This document shows, piece after piece, positions 24,862 through 36,010 of a stretch of DNA of 64,000 nt (the stretch's first letter is position 1; every line of letters starts with the position of its first letter). The notes below the pieces were generated by a model. The model did no database searches, was not told the DNA's origin, and saw only the letters and a list, made by a program, of their open reading frames with translations. This DNA is from Tricharina praecox (Eukaryota): assembly GCF_024521635.1 (NCBI RefSeq), contig NW_026250411.1, forward strand, positions 930,001 through 994,000, read 5' to 3'. The translations under genes and the position numbers were made by a program.

Positions 24862-24908
24862 ACGCGTGACCAAGTGCTGTAGGTAGGGACCCCTTAGCGC
24901 CAACGCGT
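24862..24908 (+). promoter_or_regulatory. Two MCB-like (ACGCGT) boxes upstream of the Fta4 gene
   Basis: ACGCGT at 24862-24867 and 24903-24908, within 90 bp of the ATG at 24948. Confidence 0.45.
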
Positions 24909-24947
24909 CCACCTCCACACCTCACCTCCCCCGCATCACCCATCACA

Positions 24948-25795
24948 ATGTCCCGCAAACTCGACCCCTCAATCTACACGACTAAGTCTGCCTTCCTCTC
25001 GAACCAAGTGCGCATCCTTAGCATAGTACCCACGCCACCGCAGCACTGGCGCGAGAACCTGTCCGCAGCGGACGACGAGCACGGCGACATTAGCGACGCG
25101 GTGGTCAAGAATGTTCTGTACAAGCTATCGATCGTCGCGCGGAAACACCACAACCTGGTGTATTCCGCGCAGACCCTGCGGCATATCGCGGAGCAGGTTG
25201 ATGCGCTTTACTGGAGTGCTACCGAGGGCGCTGAGGGGGAGGTGGGCGCCGAGGTCGCTGTGCTGAAGGCTGGCGTCGACCTGAGGCTGAGCGAGTGAGC
25301 CCTCCTCCGCTCTCTCCCGCCACATCCGCGCGACCGCTGACACGTGGGGATAGGAATATCGATGCTCTCCCAGAGAGCTATCCGCACGAGGACGGGGAGT
25401 CGGAAGAGGACCTGGAGAAGTACCAGGTCCTCCGGGCTCGTCTGATGGACGCCAGCGGCGTGCTGGAAGTGCAGAGACAGAAGAGGGACCACTACAAGCG
25501 GCTGAGAGATATGATGAGGCCGTTTGAGAATCCGGTTGAGAACGTCCAGCCGAATCTGGTTACCAGGGATGGCGAGCTGAATGCAGAACTGGAGAGAACG
25601 AGGATGTTGGCAACGGTGTTAGCCATACAGCTCGAGAGGGCGGGGATTAGGCTACCGCCGACGGAGGGGCAGGATGATGAAGCGATGGACGATGGCGGGG
25701 AGGACGATGACGAAGAAGAAGAAGAGGAGGAGGAGGAGGAGGAAGAGGAAAGGAAGAGGGAGGAGCGGTTCAAAGTGATAATGGGAAGGAAGTAG
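24948..25795 (+). CDS. FTA4: Kinetochore Sim4-complex subunit Fta4-like; intron 25295-25353
   Basis: 'KSAFLSNQVRILS', 'HHNLVYSAQTLRHIAEQVDALYW', 'NVQPNLVTRDGELNAELERTRML' match my recollection of the Fta4 family. The GTGAGC..CTGAC..TAG intron joins the two ORFs in frame. Confidence 0.8.
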
Positions 25796-26417
25796 TGATG
25801 CTTCATATTCTGTATTCTATACTGCGGCGTTTCGGAGTTTCAGTCATTTTTTCTTTGGATACTACACCTCATGAATGGTAAAATTCCTGGGACACAGCCG
25901 GTGACGTTTGAGTTTAATCGTTCTATTCGTCTGCCGCTCAACGGATTGCGACAAATCAAAGACCTTTGACTCGCATCTTGAACTCAATTCACGTTTATGC
26001 ACAAACCCAATTACAACCACCTCTTTCGAATAACCTCCTCGTATCCTCTTCCACCACATCCACTCCGTTCCTCTCCTTCTCTCCGCAATGGATTCATCTG
26101 AGGCGCCCAACCCCACAATATCTGGCTCCACCGCCCTCCCGCCGTTACTTACTCGTCGTCAATATATCACTCGACGCGTCTTGGCACGGCAACCGCCGGT
26201 GATCGGCCCTCGCCCCCAGCCAAATCGCGGTGCGCCTCCAGCTCGAATCCTGGCGCCAGTCGCGACTACCCCCGAGAACAACCCACTACAATATCAGCAA
26301 CCAGCACCACCACCACCACATCCACCACCAGCACCACTACTACCACCACCACGCTACCTCCAGCGTCCGAACCCGGAAAAAGACGAAGACGAGAGATATC
26401 CCTTGCCCGCAGCCAAT

Positions 26418-27173
26418 ATGTTTCCCACGGGCGCCGGCCACCAGCTGGATCTGAACCACCTGTGGCAGCAGGTACAGGAGCTGTCGGCGGTGCTCGCTGC
26501 AAACAGGGAGAGCACTGTGGGGCTGGTCAAGAAGGCGGATGAGATTCGGGTTCGTTTCCATCTTGGGGGTGCGGCGTAAGACGGTGTGGGGGGAAGCTAA
26601 TGGAGTGCGACAGCATAGAGGTGGCGATCCGGCGGATGCGGCGGCGTGCCTAGTCAATGGAAACGGTACCGGCTCGGGTTCTATACCCACGCCGCGAGAG
26701 CTCTACCTCGAAGAGCAGAATAAAATGCTACAGGAAGAGATTACACAGTTGCGGGGGGAGAACGAGGACCTTGGATTGCTGGCGCAGGACTACGAGACGG
26801 TGCTGGAGAAGGTGTTGGAAGGGCTGCGGATATACGCTGTTTGTCTCCCATCTCCCCCTCTCCCTCTCCCCCCAGTTTAATGACTGACGGATGGCGGGTG
26901 TAGCACGAACACAGCATCGCGACGATAAACATCCACTCCTCATACACCAACCAGCTCAACAATGAGCGCGCACAGAACGCGGCGCTGCGACAGCGGGAGA
27001 TCGATAACAACGCGCGACTGACGACTCTCAGCCAGTTACTGCGCGAGGCGTATCAACTGGAGACGGTGCTCGAGCCGGATATCGTCATTGAGCGGCTGAA
27101 GGCCGAGAATGTGGCGCTGAGAACGGCGCTGGGTGTTGAAGAGGATCCGGATTGTACCGAGGAGGTGGATTGA
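26418..27173 (+). CDS. Coiled-coil protein, probable SIKE/FGFR1OP2-like STRIPAK subunit; exons 26418-26549, 26614-26838, 26904-27173 (alternative in-frame ATG at 26088)
   Basis: Three exons splice in frame at canonical sites: 'AGHQLDLNHLWQQVQELSAVLAANRESTVGLV', 'DYETVLEKVLEGLRIYAHEHSIATINIHSSYTNQLNNERAQN'. The gene model is well supported; the family call is from memory of motif similarity. Confidence 0.65.
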
Positions 27174-28186
27174 TCGAGGTGAGGGGAGGGGAGGGAGGGG
27201 GTTTTGTTTTTTTAGGCGCCGCACACCAGCGTTTGTTTGTTCGTTCACTACAGATGATGTTTGTCACATTGTGATTTGTTACCATAATGAATACCACCAT
27301 CTATGTACTTTCCATACCCAACTACATACAATCTCCTCTCTTTGCATTGTTATGTTTCCCGCTGGCAAAGAAATCGGTATATACAGGGGGTTTTGTGTTG
27401 TGCTGACTCTGCGTTAGAGTACCGTACTGCCCTATGGGTACACGCCCGTAGGCCGGATGTGGATGGGGGGATGGCCATAGTACTTTTCCGAGGCCGAGCT
27501 TCGGATTCGCCTTGCATATCTGGCCAGAAGTGAGGGGAAACTCGATTTCCGAGACGCCGACCAGTCGAGATTACAAGAACCATTATTCACCGGATTTTGG
27601 CGGAGTGGTGGCGGCGATACGCACAACGTGTCACTCGGTCGGGATCTAAGTTTTCGAGCCTGCCGGGATTGATGCCTCCTGTGGGGCTCCTTCTCCCTGA
27701 TAAATACATACTTCAAAGCAACAGTAACTATATATGTCTACTATCGGAACAAAAACAAAGACCGGCGTTAAACGGCAGGACTATACCAAGCCGACGAACT
27801 GCCCTGATATATATAAATCGAAAGCTTGGGACGACAGGCGCGGAGGAAGGAAGCACAGTGGAGCAGAAATCAAATGCAGGAGCCGGGGACCTGGGGTCCC
27901 GAAATCTGCTCAGAGCGCCCAGTCTGACACCTACAACCTTCCAGACTGCCTAGCATCAAGCCCAGAGCGCATCGGACGTGGTGTGAACTTCAACCTATGA
28001 GTTCGACCGTTCCCACCCGGTCTGAAGCTGTGCGGTCACCTTCCAGCCCCGCGCAGCTGTCGTCTGGCCCGTGCCGTATGCTTAATCCCTCGTGTACATA
28101 GGCGGTCGAAGCCTTACCGTCAACAAATCTTGTTTGCTTTACTCAAAAGCTAATACACAAAAGCATACAGATACAAAAATCAAAAA

Positions 28187-28304
28187 ACTACGGTACCAGG
28201 GATTCCCGCATGGTCAGCCAGTGCGGTACTAACATGGCGATACCATGCTTAACTAGGGCCGAGCGGACGGGAAGCCGTGTGTTCATGGTTCTATGACCGT
28301 AGCT
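28187..28304 (-). rRNA. Dispersed 5S rRNA gene (118 nt, variant sequence)
   Basis: Reverse complement AGCTACGGTCATAG...GGCTTCCCGTCCGCTCGGCCCTAGTTAAGC...GTTAGTA...GACCATGCGGGAATCCCTGGTACCGTAGT. Termini pair (CTACGGT/ACCGTAG), a T-run terminator follows, and TCATAAG lies about 27 nt upstream. Confidence 0.9.
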
Positions 28305-28756
28305 GTTAGTTGTGCTCGGCGAGAACTTATGACCAGTAAGGTGGTTCGAGCCACGCAGCTACCCACGATGAGGACGGGTTGCCGGAAAACTGGAGGACTG
28401 GAGACTGCCAGACAGACCAGAAATGTTCGCAACACCGGGTCCCGAGGTCACATCGACTTTACCATGCCGTCCGTGATGGGGGTATGCTCCAGCGCAACCG
28501 CTCACCTATACTAACTGCACCTTCCAGTCAACTCCACCTTCCACCTCCGTTTACGGCGGCGGGAGCAGACTGTACACGTGGTGGTTCAATAGTACCTATT
28601 CGAAGCCCAAGCGACAAAGTGGATTAGGCTGGAGGGAACCACATCCCCGCTGGTGGCCTCGCTCGACCACCGACAAGCATCCGCCCCCATGGGAATGCAC
28701 ACAAAACAAACGGCATCACATACATCTACCGACACACGTGCGATGGCAGCAAAAAA

Positions 28757-28845
28757 CGATATCGGCAGGACTCGAACCTGCAGCCTTTGGCAGACAGCCG
28801 CTTGAAGCACCGGAAGCCAACGCGCTACCATTGCGCCACGACACC
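28757..28845 (-). tRNA. tRNA-Arg(CCG) with 17-nt intron, copy 3
   Basis: Reverse complement is identical to copies 1 and 2 except one T>C in the intron; TTTTTT terminator follows. Confidence 0.92.
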
Positions 28846-29585
28846 AATTGATATCTGTTGAGTCAGTCAAGACAATACGAGGTGGAATTTCAAGTAGGAA
28901 AGGCGGAGAATAGGCGGTCATCATTATGAACGGCGTGGGTGTACCTAGCTTTACCATGGTATCTATGCACATGCTGTCGTTATAATATGGTATGTACATA
29001 TCTCCTTCAATGGTCCCAACAGTCTATCGACATACGCCTGGCAATCTTATGGTCCTATTCTGTGTACCGCTCTTGGGCGTGAGCCAGAATGGATTAGGGC
29101 ACACGGAGTTGGGCTCGGAGGCCAAGGTGTTGAACAACCGGAACAGACTATTATAGGGAACACAGACTTCCTGACATGTATCATATGTGAGTTTGATCTG
29201 TCTTGCTGAACTCTATTCAATGACATTTATCGTTGGTCCGCTCAACAACTCGTATTTTTGCACCCAACTTCCAGTTCCATCCATGTGCCGCACTCGAGTG
29301 ATATTGTTCTCATACTGTTGTTACCGAATGATTCATCAGGGATTACTCAGAGAGATAGTTACATCGTTGAAACCGATTCATGGGTTGATCTCGCATCATG
29401 GCACTGTTTATTGGGGCGAATATCAACGCGCTGTATAAGACACATTCCCCATATCGCTCTCAAAACCCAAACCCAGAAGAACGTGAAAAAAAAGCAGAAA
29501 GGAGGAAAGAAACAGTCATGTGGAATGGAACACGGCGAAAGGAAGGTAACTATACTAATTACACAAACGCTTCATCTAGCCTAGT

Positions 29586-32500
29586 CTATTCGTCGCTGTC
29601 TGTGTCGTAATCGAAAGGATCCGGTAACGGCGCATCATCGGCTCCGTCGTCGTCCTCAGCGTTGAGGATGTTGACTGCCGCTTCAGCACCACCAATCTCT
29701 TCCACAGCGCTGCCTGCAGCTGCGGCGCCGGCGACGGCACCAGCTGGCTGCGTCACCGATTTTCGGCTCTTCACCTCCATCAACTGGACTTCCTCGTTTG
29801 GTCGGCGGTCTAGAAGCAACAGGACACCACCAGTAGGCTACAGGAATATTAGCGTCCGTTCCAAATTTATGGAATATGAAGTGTATGACATACCTTTTTG
29901 ACGGGTTCGTACCGGCCGTCTTCCAAGAAGGCGATGTACCTCAACTGTTCTGGCAATACTCGCGACAGATTGGTGAGCTCGTACCCGACCTTCTCCTTCT
30001 CGATCCGCTTCTTCTTGTCACCCTCGCCCTCCTTCTTTTCACCTTCTACTTCCTTCTTGTCACCCTCGCCCTCCTTGGTCTCCTCGTCTACATCCATCTT
30101 CTCCTCTGCCGAGGGACCGGGAGTGGCTGGTGTTGATGTGGTGGGCTCGACGTCCATCGCCTCGCCATCACCCTTGGCCACCGCAGCCTCCTTCGCGGCC
30201 TTCTCCTTCTCTGCGCGCTTAGCCCGTTGCTGTGCCTTAGCAGTTGTTGAGAGGACCGCAGTAGTTAGCTCCTCGGTTTTCTTGGTGGCTGACTCCTCGA
30301 CCTTCGGCGGGTAGTCGAACAAAGAGGGTCTAGTGCTGGACCAGAATTTGAAATCGGGGATCTATCAAGTAGTCAATATATGCACTAACCCACACAAAGA
30401 CGAAGGACCTTACATTCAAATCCTCATCCAGACCGATGAGACCGGTAGGGGTGAAGGACAGAGTCAAAAAGTGGGTCAATGGGAACCAATACCAGTATTG
30501 AGTGAATACAGCCATTCCAACGATTGCAGGAACGTTCAAACTACCAGTGGGAGTCTGCAGACCAATGGTAACATTCCGGCCACCTGCATCGATGATACCC
30601 AGCGCCAACGCGGCACCGAACTTTGCCATCGCGTCCTCGTGCTTGTCGGCAACCATGGTCTCGAACGTTTTCCGAATGTGAGGAACCTTGGGGTTCATCT
30701 GTTCGTTCTGCTGGACAAGAATCATGGCCATCGAAATGAGGGCACCTTGTCGCACAAAGTCGGTAGGGTCCTTGATCATGGGCTCCAGGAGGTCAATGGC
30801 TTCGTCGAGTCCCGTACCGGCGCAAGCGATACCAAGGGCCATTGAGGCACCGTATCGGACATGGGGGTTGTAACTCTCACTCAGCAGCTCGACCATCCGG
30901 GGAACCGCGCTCGGTTTCCGGAAGAGAATGAAACCCAAACTCATCACGGACACGCGACGAACATCATCGTTGACATCACTGACGGCAACGTGAAGCAGTT
31001 TCCTGATGGCCTTGTTGCTTCCAGTTCCGCAGTATGCCAGGGCGATGGTCATGATACCACCGTAGCGCAAAATGGGGTCCTGACCGTCAAGCAAGGTGTT
31101 GATAAGCTCGTCGGCAGCTTCCTGACGTCCGAACATGATCAAAGCCATGCCGAGTGACAGACCGCGGATGATCTTCTCGTGTTGCGTATCGCGCGTGTAC
31201 TGCATCATGTCTTCTATGGCGCCCATATTACCGGTGCCCAACATGATCAATCCCATCGCCAGACCGATCGCCTCTCCGGCAACGGCGGAGTCGCTCCATA
31301 GGATATTCTTCAACTCTTCGTAAATCGCCGAGTTTCCGGTGGCCATACCAGCGACACCGAGTCCAAGAGCGCCACCGTGCTGCACAATTTCGTCTTGGGT
31401 GGCATTGAACTGCTTTCTCAGGAACTCGAGAACATCAGTACCATGGTTGGCGTAGATCAATCCCAAACCATACAAACTTCCACCTTGCGAGTACGGGGAG
31501 CCGTTAGAGACACCCTCTTGCGGCAGGTATGGCTGCAGAAGCTTCATTCCCTGGCTAAGGTTTCCCTTGTGAATCACACCCAATGCAGCGGTAGCCGTAA
31601 ATTTGGACCAGTTGACAGCTTTACTAAGCCAGTCAAGGTTGTCCCGGAAAAACTTATCCACCATCGTACCGGAGTGCATAAAGGCGTTAGCGAAAGTAAG
31701 AGCTGTATGGAAAATCGATGTGCGCGCCTCAAGGCAATCTTTGATTTTGTTGAGGATTTGCATGTCCGTCCTGTTGTTCCTGTACAGGAACTCGAGGGAA
31801 AGCTCTATGCTCTTGGTTCCGCGGAGGATCTGTCGGATGGCCCGGTAGTGCTTCGTGCTCTTGGAATCTTCAGTTGAATCCGTAGCCACAGTGTCACTGC
31901 CGGCAGTGGCTGCTGCGCTGTCTGGCTCATCCGAATCGGCACCCGGTAGGTCGGCCATGACCTTTTGGAGGAATTCTTGGGTTGCGGAGGTGTCCAAATC
32001 AAAGGCGATCTGGTAGGCCACAAGCAACGACTTTGAGTCTTCCTTTTGTACCAGATCCGACAGAATCTTCGCCGCCAGTGCCGTGTCGTTCAGATGTATG
32101 ACGCACTTGCTGATGGAAAAGTAGTCAGGTGAAGGAAGGGCGAGGAAGAGCTTGACGAGGAGGCGCAGAAGCTATTCAAGTTGTCAGTGATAACCGATCC
32201 ATACGACCTGCAAGGTGGCGACATACCCGTTCCCTCAGTCCTACCTCCTGCACCTCTCCCATAGCAATGTGCAGCACATATTCCATCAGTTCCACCGCCA
32301 TGTCCGTCTGCTCCTCATCCTCGTCCAAATCTCGCTGCCCCGCAAGTGTGATTCCCTCCTCCACCACGTCTAGTCGCCGCGCCTCGATCGCTATGCCAAT
32401 CGCCGGTTTGTAATCTTCATTCTGGTAGCAACTGCGGAACAGTCGCTCAACAATGTCCTGTAATCTGGGATCCACCGGTGTAGGTTCTTCCGAAGTAGTG

Positions 32501-33111
32501 GTAGTCTGATCCACCGTGCCATGTTGCAGCACATCGTTCTTCGTAGTTACGGAAATGTATTCTTCGATGAATTTTGCTGTTCCCGGGAGTCAGCAGCAAT
32601 TCACCGGAACGGCCGGGGGAGGAGGAGGAGGGATGAAATACAGATTATCGTCTCTACGTACTCCTCTTGCGAAGAGATGTCGAACAGCTCACCCGCACCA
32701 AGGGCAAACATCATGGACTCTTCGTATTCGCCGAGGTGGTAGTAAACTTTCGAAGCTACGAGGGCGGCGAGCTTTCGCTGTTTGAACGACTCATCTTCGT
32801 AGAGGATCTCACTAAACCCGGCACAAGCAATTAGTCGTAATTCACAAAGCTCTTGGGTCCGGAAAAGACCCCGCCATAGAACGCGGCGGTAAAGATGCTA
32901 ACGATGGAGGCGATCCATAGCGCGGCAGCATGGAGGGGTAGGTGGGACTCGGCAGCAAACAAGTAACGCACATCTTTGAAACCTCATCTGCAATCTCCGC
33001 CCAGAACTGATGAACATGATTGTCCAGCTGCTGGAGGGCGAAGCATCTGAGCTGCTGGTCGGGTTCGTCGAGGAGACCGATGAGACCGGCGGCGGAAGTC
33101 AAGCCGGGCAT
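29586..33111 (-). CDS. RPN2: 26S proteasome regulatory subunit Rpn2 (multi-exon)
   Basis: '[18 protein letters not shown]', '[24 protein letters not shown]', PC repeats '[15 protein letters not shown]', 'SYNPHVRYG', '[10 protein letters not shown]', '[13 protein letters not shown]'. Confidence 0.97.
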
Positions 33112-33470
33112 TGCTGCTGTCTGGCGATCTCCGGAGTATTGATTATGTCGGGGTTTCGTTATCGATGGGCTGTGAGATCGACACGGATGATGGAAAGATG
33201 GATTCCGGAGGTATCTGGATGGAGAGGTGAAGCTTAGGATGATGGAAGTTGATGGTGGTGGGTTGGAGGACTTCGGGTTATGGTAAGCTGCGCGTGTATG
33301 TAATGCTTCTTGTCGCACTGATGCGGCTCAACAGCCAAGACGTTCTGGAGACAACTCACCAACTGCGTAATCTTAGGAGCTCTATGCATCGAAGACGTCA
33401 CTGCACATGAGAGTGAGAATATGTGAAAAATGTAACTAGAGCATGAATTGAAAGAACTATTATCCTCTAT

Positions 33471-36010
33471 CTACCAGGTAACCTCGTCTATCACGCTCTT
33501 CTTCTCCACGCCCAGGATGCTGTCGTGCATCTGCACTCCGTCGAGTAAAGACTTCGCGATGTTCACAGCCCCACTAGTCAGATACCGCTCCGAGAACCCA
33601 CTGTTGATCTTCAGCTTTAGTAGCTCCCTCAACTCGGCCTTCCAGGCACCCACGTCCGCCTTGGACACGTTGGCTGCCTTCTCCCTCTTCACCTTGCCTC
33701 GCTGGCCCTTCTTCCCAACTTTCAGATTGCTAAACTCATCGCTATCATAGTCAACGCCGAGCTCATCCGCAGCTGTCTTGAGCCAATCGTTCTCCTTGCT
33801 CTTCTTCGCCTTCTCCACCGTGCTATCAGAGACCTTTTTGGCAAGGGTTGCGCGCCGCTTGAGACGGTCTACAAGTTTTCGGTCGACATCGAAACTTTTC
33901 ATGGCGTACTTTCCGGTGCTTTTGCCGTCTTCCTCGTGGACTTTACCAACCAGGCGCCGAACACCCAACACTTCCTCCGGAGAACAGAGCAGAATACTGA
34001 TTCCTCGTGCGTCCGATCTGGCAGTTCTTCCGGAGCGGTGCACGTACATGTCCGCAGTACGGGGCAAATGGTAGTGGATCACCATCTCGACACCCTTGAT
34101 ATCGAGACCGCGGGCTGCGACATCTGTGGCAATGAGGATGGAATTGGGGCTGGATGGTGATGAGAAGCGTTCCAGATTTCGCATGCGTGCCTTCTGAATC
34201 ATGTTGGAATGCAGCGGGTTGACTGGAAGGTTTAGTTCGGACAGAAACGGCGCAAGACGTTTTACGGAGGATATCGAGTTGGTGAATACAAGAGTCCGGC
34301 AGGGATATCTTAAAAGAAGATAGTAGAGGTACAAATCCTATACGGCAAACCAGTCAGTACAAAAGCCCCCGGGCTACTCGGGCTACTCTGAGGTAAAATA
34401 CCTTCTCCATAGCTCCGCACTCGATGATGCCCTCTCGCAACCTCGACGCCATCTGTCCAACCGGGTTTGCATCGACAAACTTTGGTGTCGCCTCCCTGAA
34501 GTTGAGCTTCTTCAGAAGATAGGCCAAACTCTCGGTATTATCCATCAAATCTCCTCCGGCACTCTCCGTCGCCCAACTTTTCTTGCCAGGTTTGGCCGTC
34601 AACTTCTGTTGCAATCCCTGGTGGAATGTCGCCGAGAAAACTAGCGTTTGCCGTTTTGGAGTAGGGAGCTTCTTCTTGCTGGGCTTTTTCCTCTGAAACT
34701 CGGCAGCATCCAGGTCCTCATTCTCAGCTTCCTCTTCGCCATCAATCTCCGACTCGTCTCTTTCACGCTGAAGAAGGTCGAGAAGCTCTTCCACCTCCTT
34801 GTAGTGTCCCTCTTGCAACAGCCGATCCGCCTCATCCACCACCAAGAACTTTAGCCCTTGCTTGAGCTTTTCCATCCAGCCTGTGCCTTCACTGACAACC
34901 TCCCACAGGCGACCTGGTGTAGCTACGATCACATCCGCACCGGTGCCCTGCTCCAGCTGTCTCTGTTGTTTCTGTAGCGACAGTCCACCCGTGAGGGTCA
35001 CAACCGTGAAATCCGGCACACACACAGCTAATTCCCTGAGATGGTCGCTAAGCTGTTTGGCAAGCTCACGAGTCGGCGACAGAACCAGCGCCATAGGAAG
35101 TCTCACGGTCCGTTTCTTCTGGTCGGCGTTTACGAGCTCAGTCGATGCGGCACCGGACTTCAGGAATGTTTCGAGGATGGGAATGCCGAACGCGAGCGTC
35201 TTTCCGGAACCGGTGCTTGCTTTTCCGATCACATCGTGGCCGGCAAGAATGTGGGGGATAGCGGCGGACTGAATAGGCGTTGGGGAGGCGAACTTGAGCT
35301 TCGAGAGGGCGCGGAGGGTCGGGGGCGAGAGATTGAGGGCTTCCCATTCGGGAAGGTCGACTGAGCGCGGGATCGTCAGCATTGCCGTACAGCGCACCAG
35401 CAAAAGGAACCATCATTACCGTCTTCCTCGTCGGACTCATCTGGACGGTCCTCCAGAAGTGAACCGAACTGATTCTCGAGCTTCCCCTTTGCCACCAATC
35501 GTTGGGCCTTTTTGTCTTTGGCCTTCGCATCGTTTTTCTTCTTGTCGCCCTTCTTGGGTTCCTTTTTCTCGTACTGTGCAGTCTGCGCTTCCCCTTCCGT
35601 AACTTCCTGCTCAGCATCACTGATCCCACCCCACTCTTCCGCTTCATCCTCTGATCCGTCATTGTCGTCGCCATCTTCGGGAGCGGCGGCCACCTTGCGC
35701 GCGGGTTTCGACTTCTTCGTCTTCTTCACTGGCTTCTTACCCCTCAACTGCTATCGTCAGTGCTTCGAACTCCCAGCTATATCTTCAAGGAACCACCTAC
35801 CTGGAACTCGACCGCGCCCTTCTCGTTCGCGACCACATCCACACCATCGATCTCCTCGAGCCCAAAGAACCCCTCCACGTCGTCGAGGCGATCCGGCATC
35901 TTCACCTCCTTCCATTGCAGCTCGTCGATGCGCAGCTTCGCCTTCTTTGCGGTTTTCGGCGCCTCGGCTTCACGCCCTCGCTTCTTGTTTGGCATCGTGG
36001 TTGTCTTCAT
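33471..36010 (-). CDS. MAK5: ATP-dependent DEAD-box RNA helicase Mak5 (multi-exon; start 36010 or 35995)
   Basis: N-terminal 'FFGLEEIDGVDVV'; Q motif 'FASPTPIQ'; 'ASTGSGKT', 'PTRELA', 'DEADRLL', 'SAT', 'YVHRSGRTAR'; C-terminal 'WLKTAADELGVD' and 'FSERYLT'. Confidence 0.95.
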
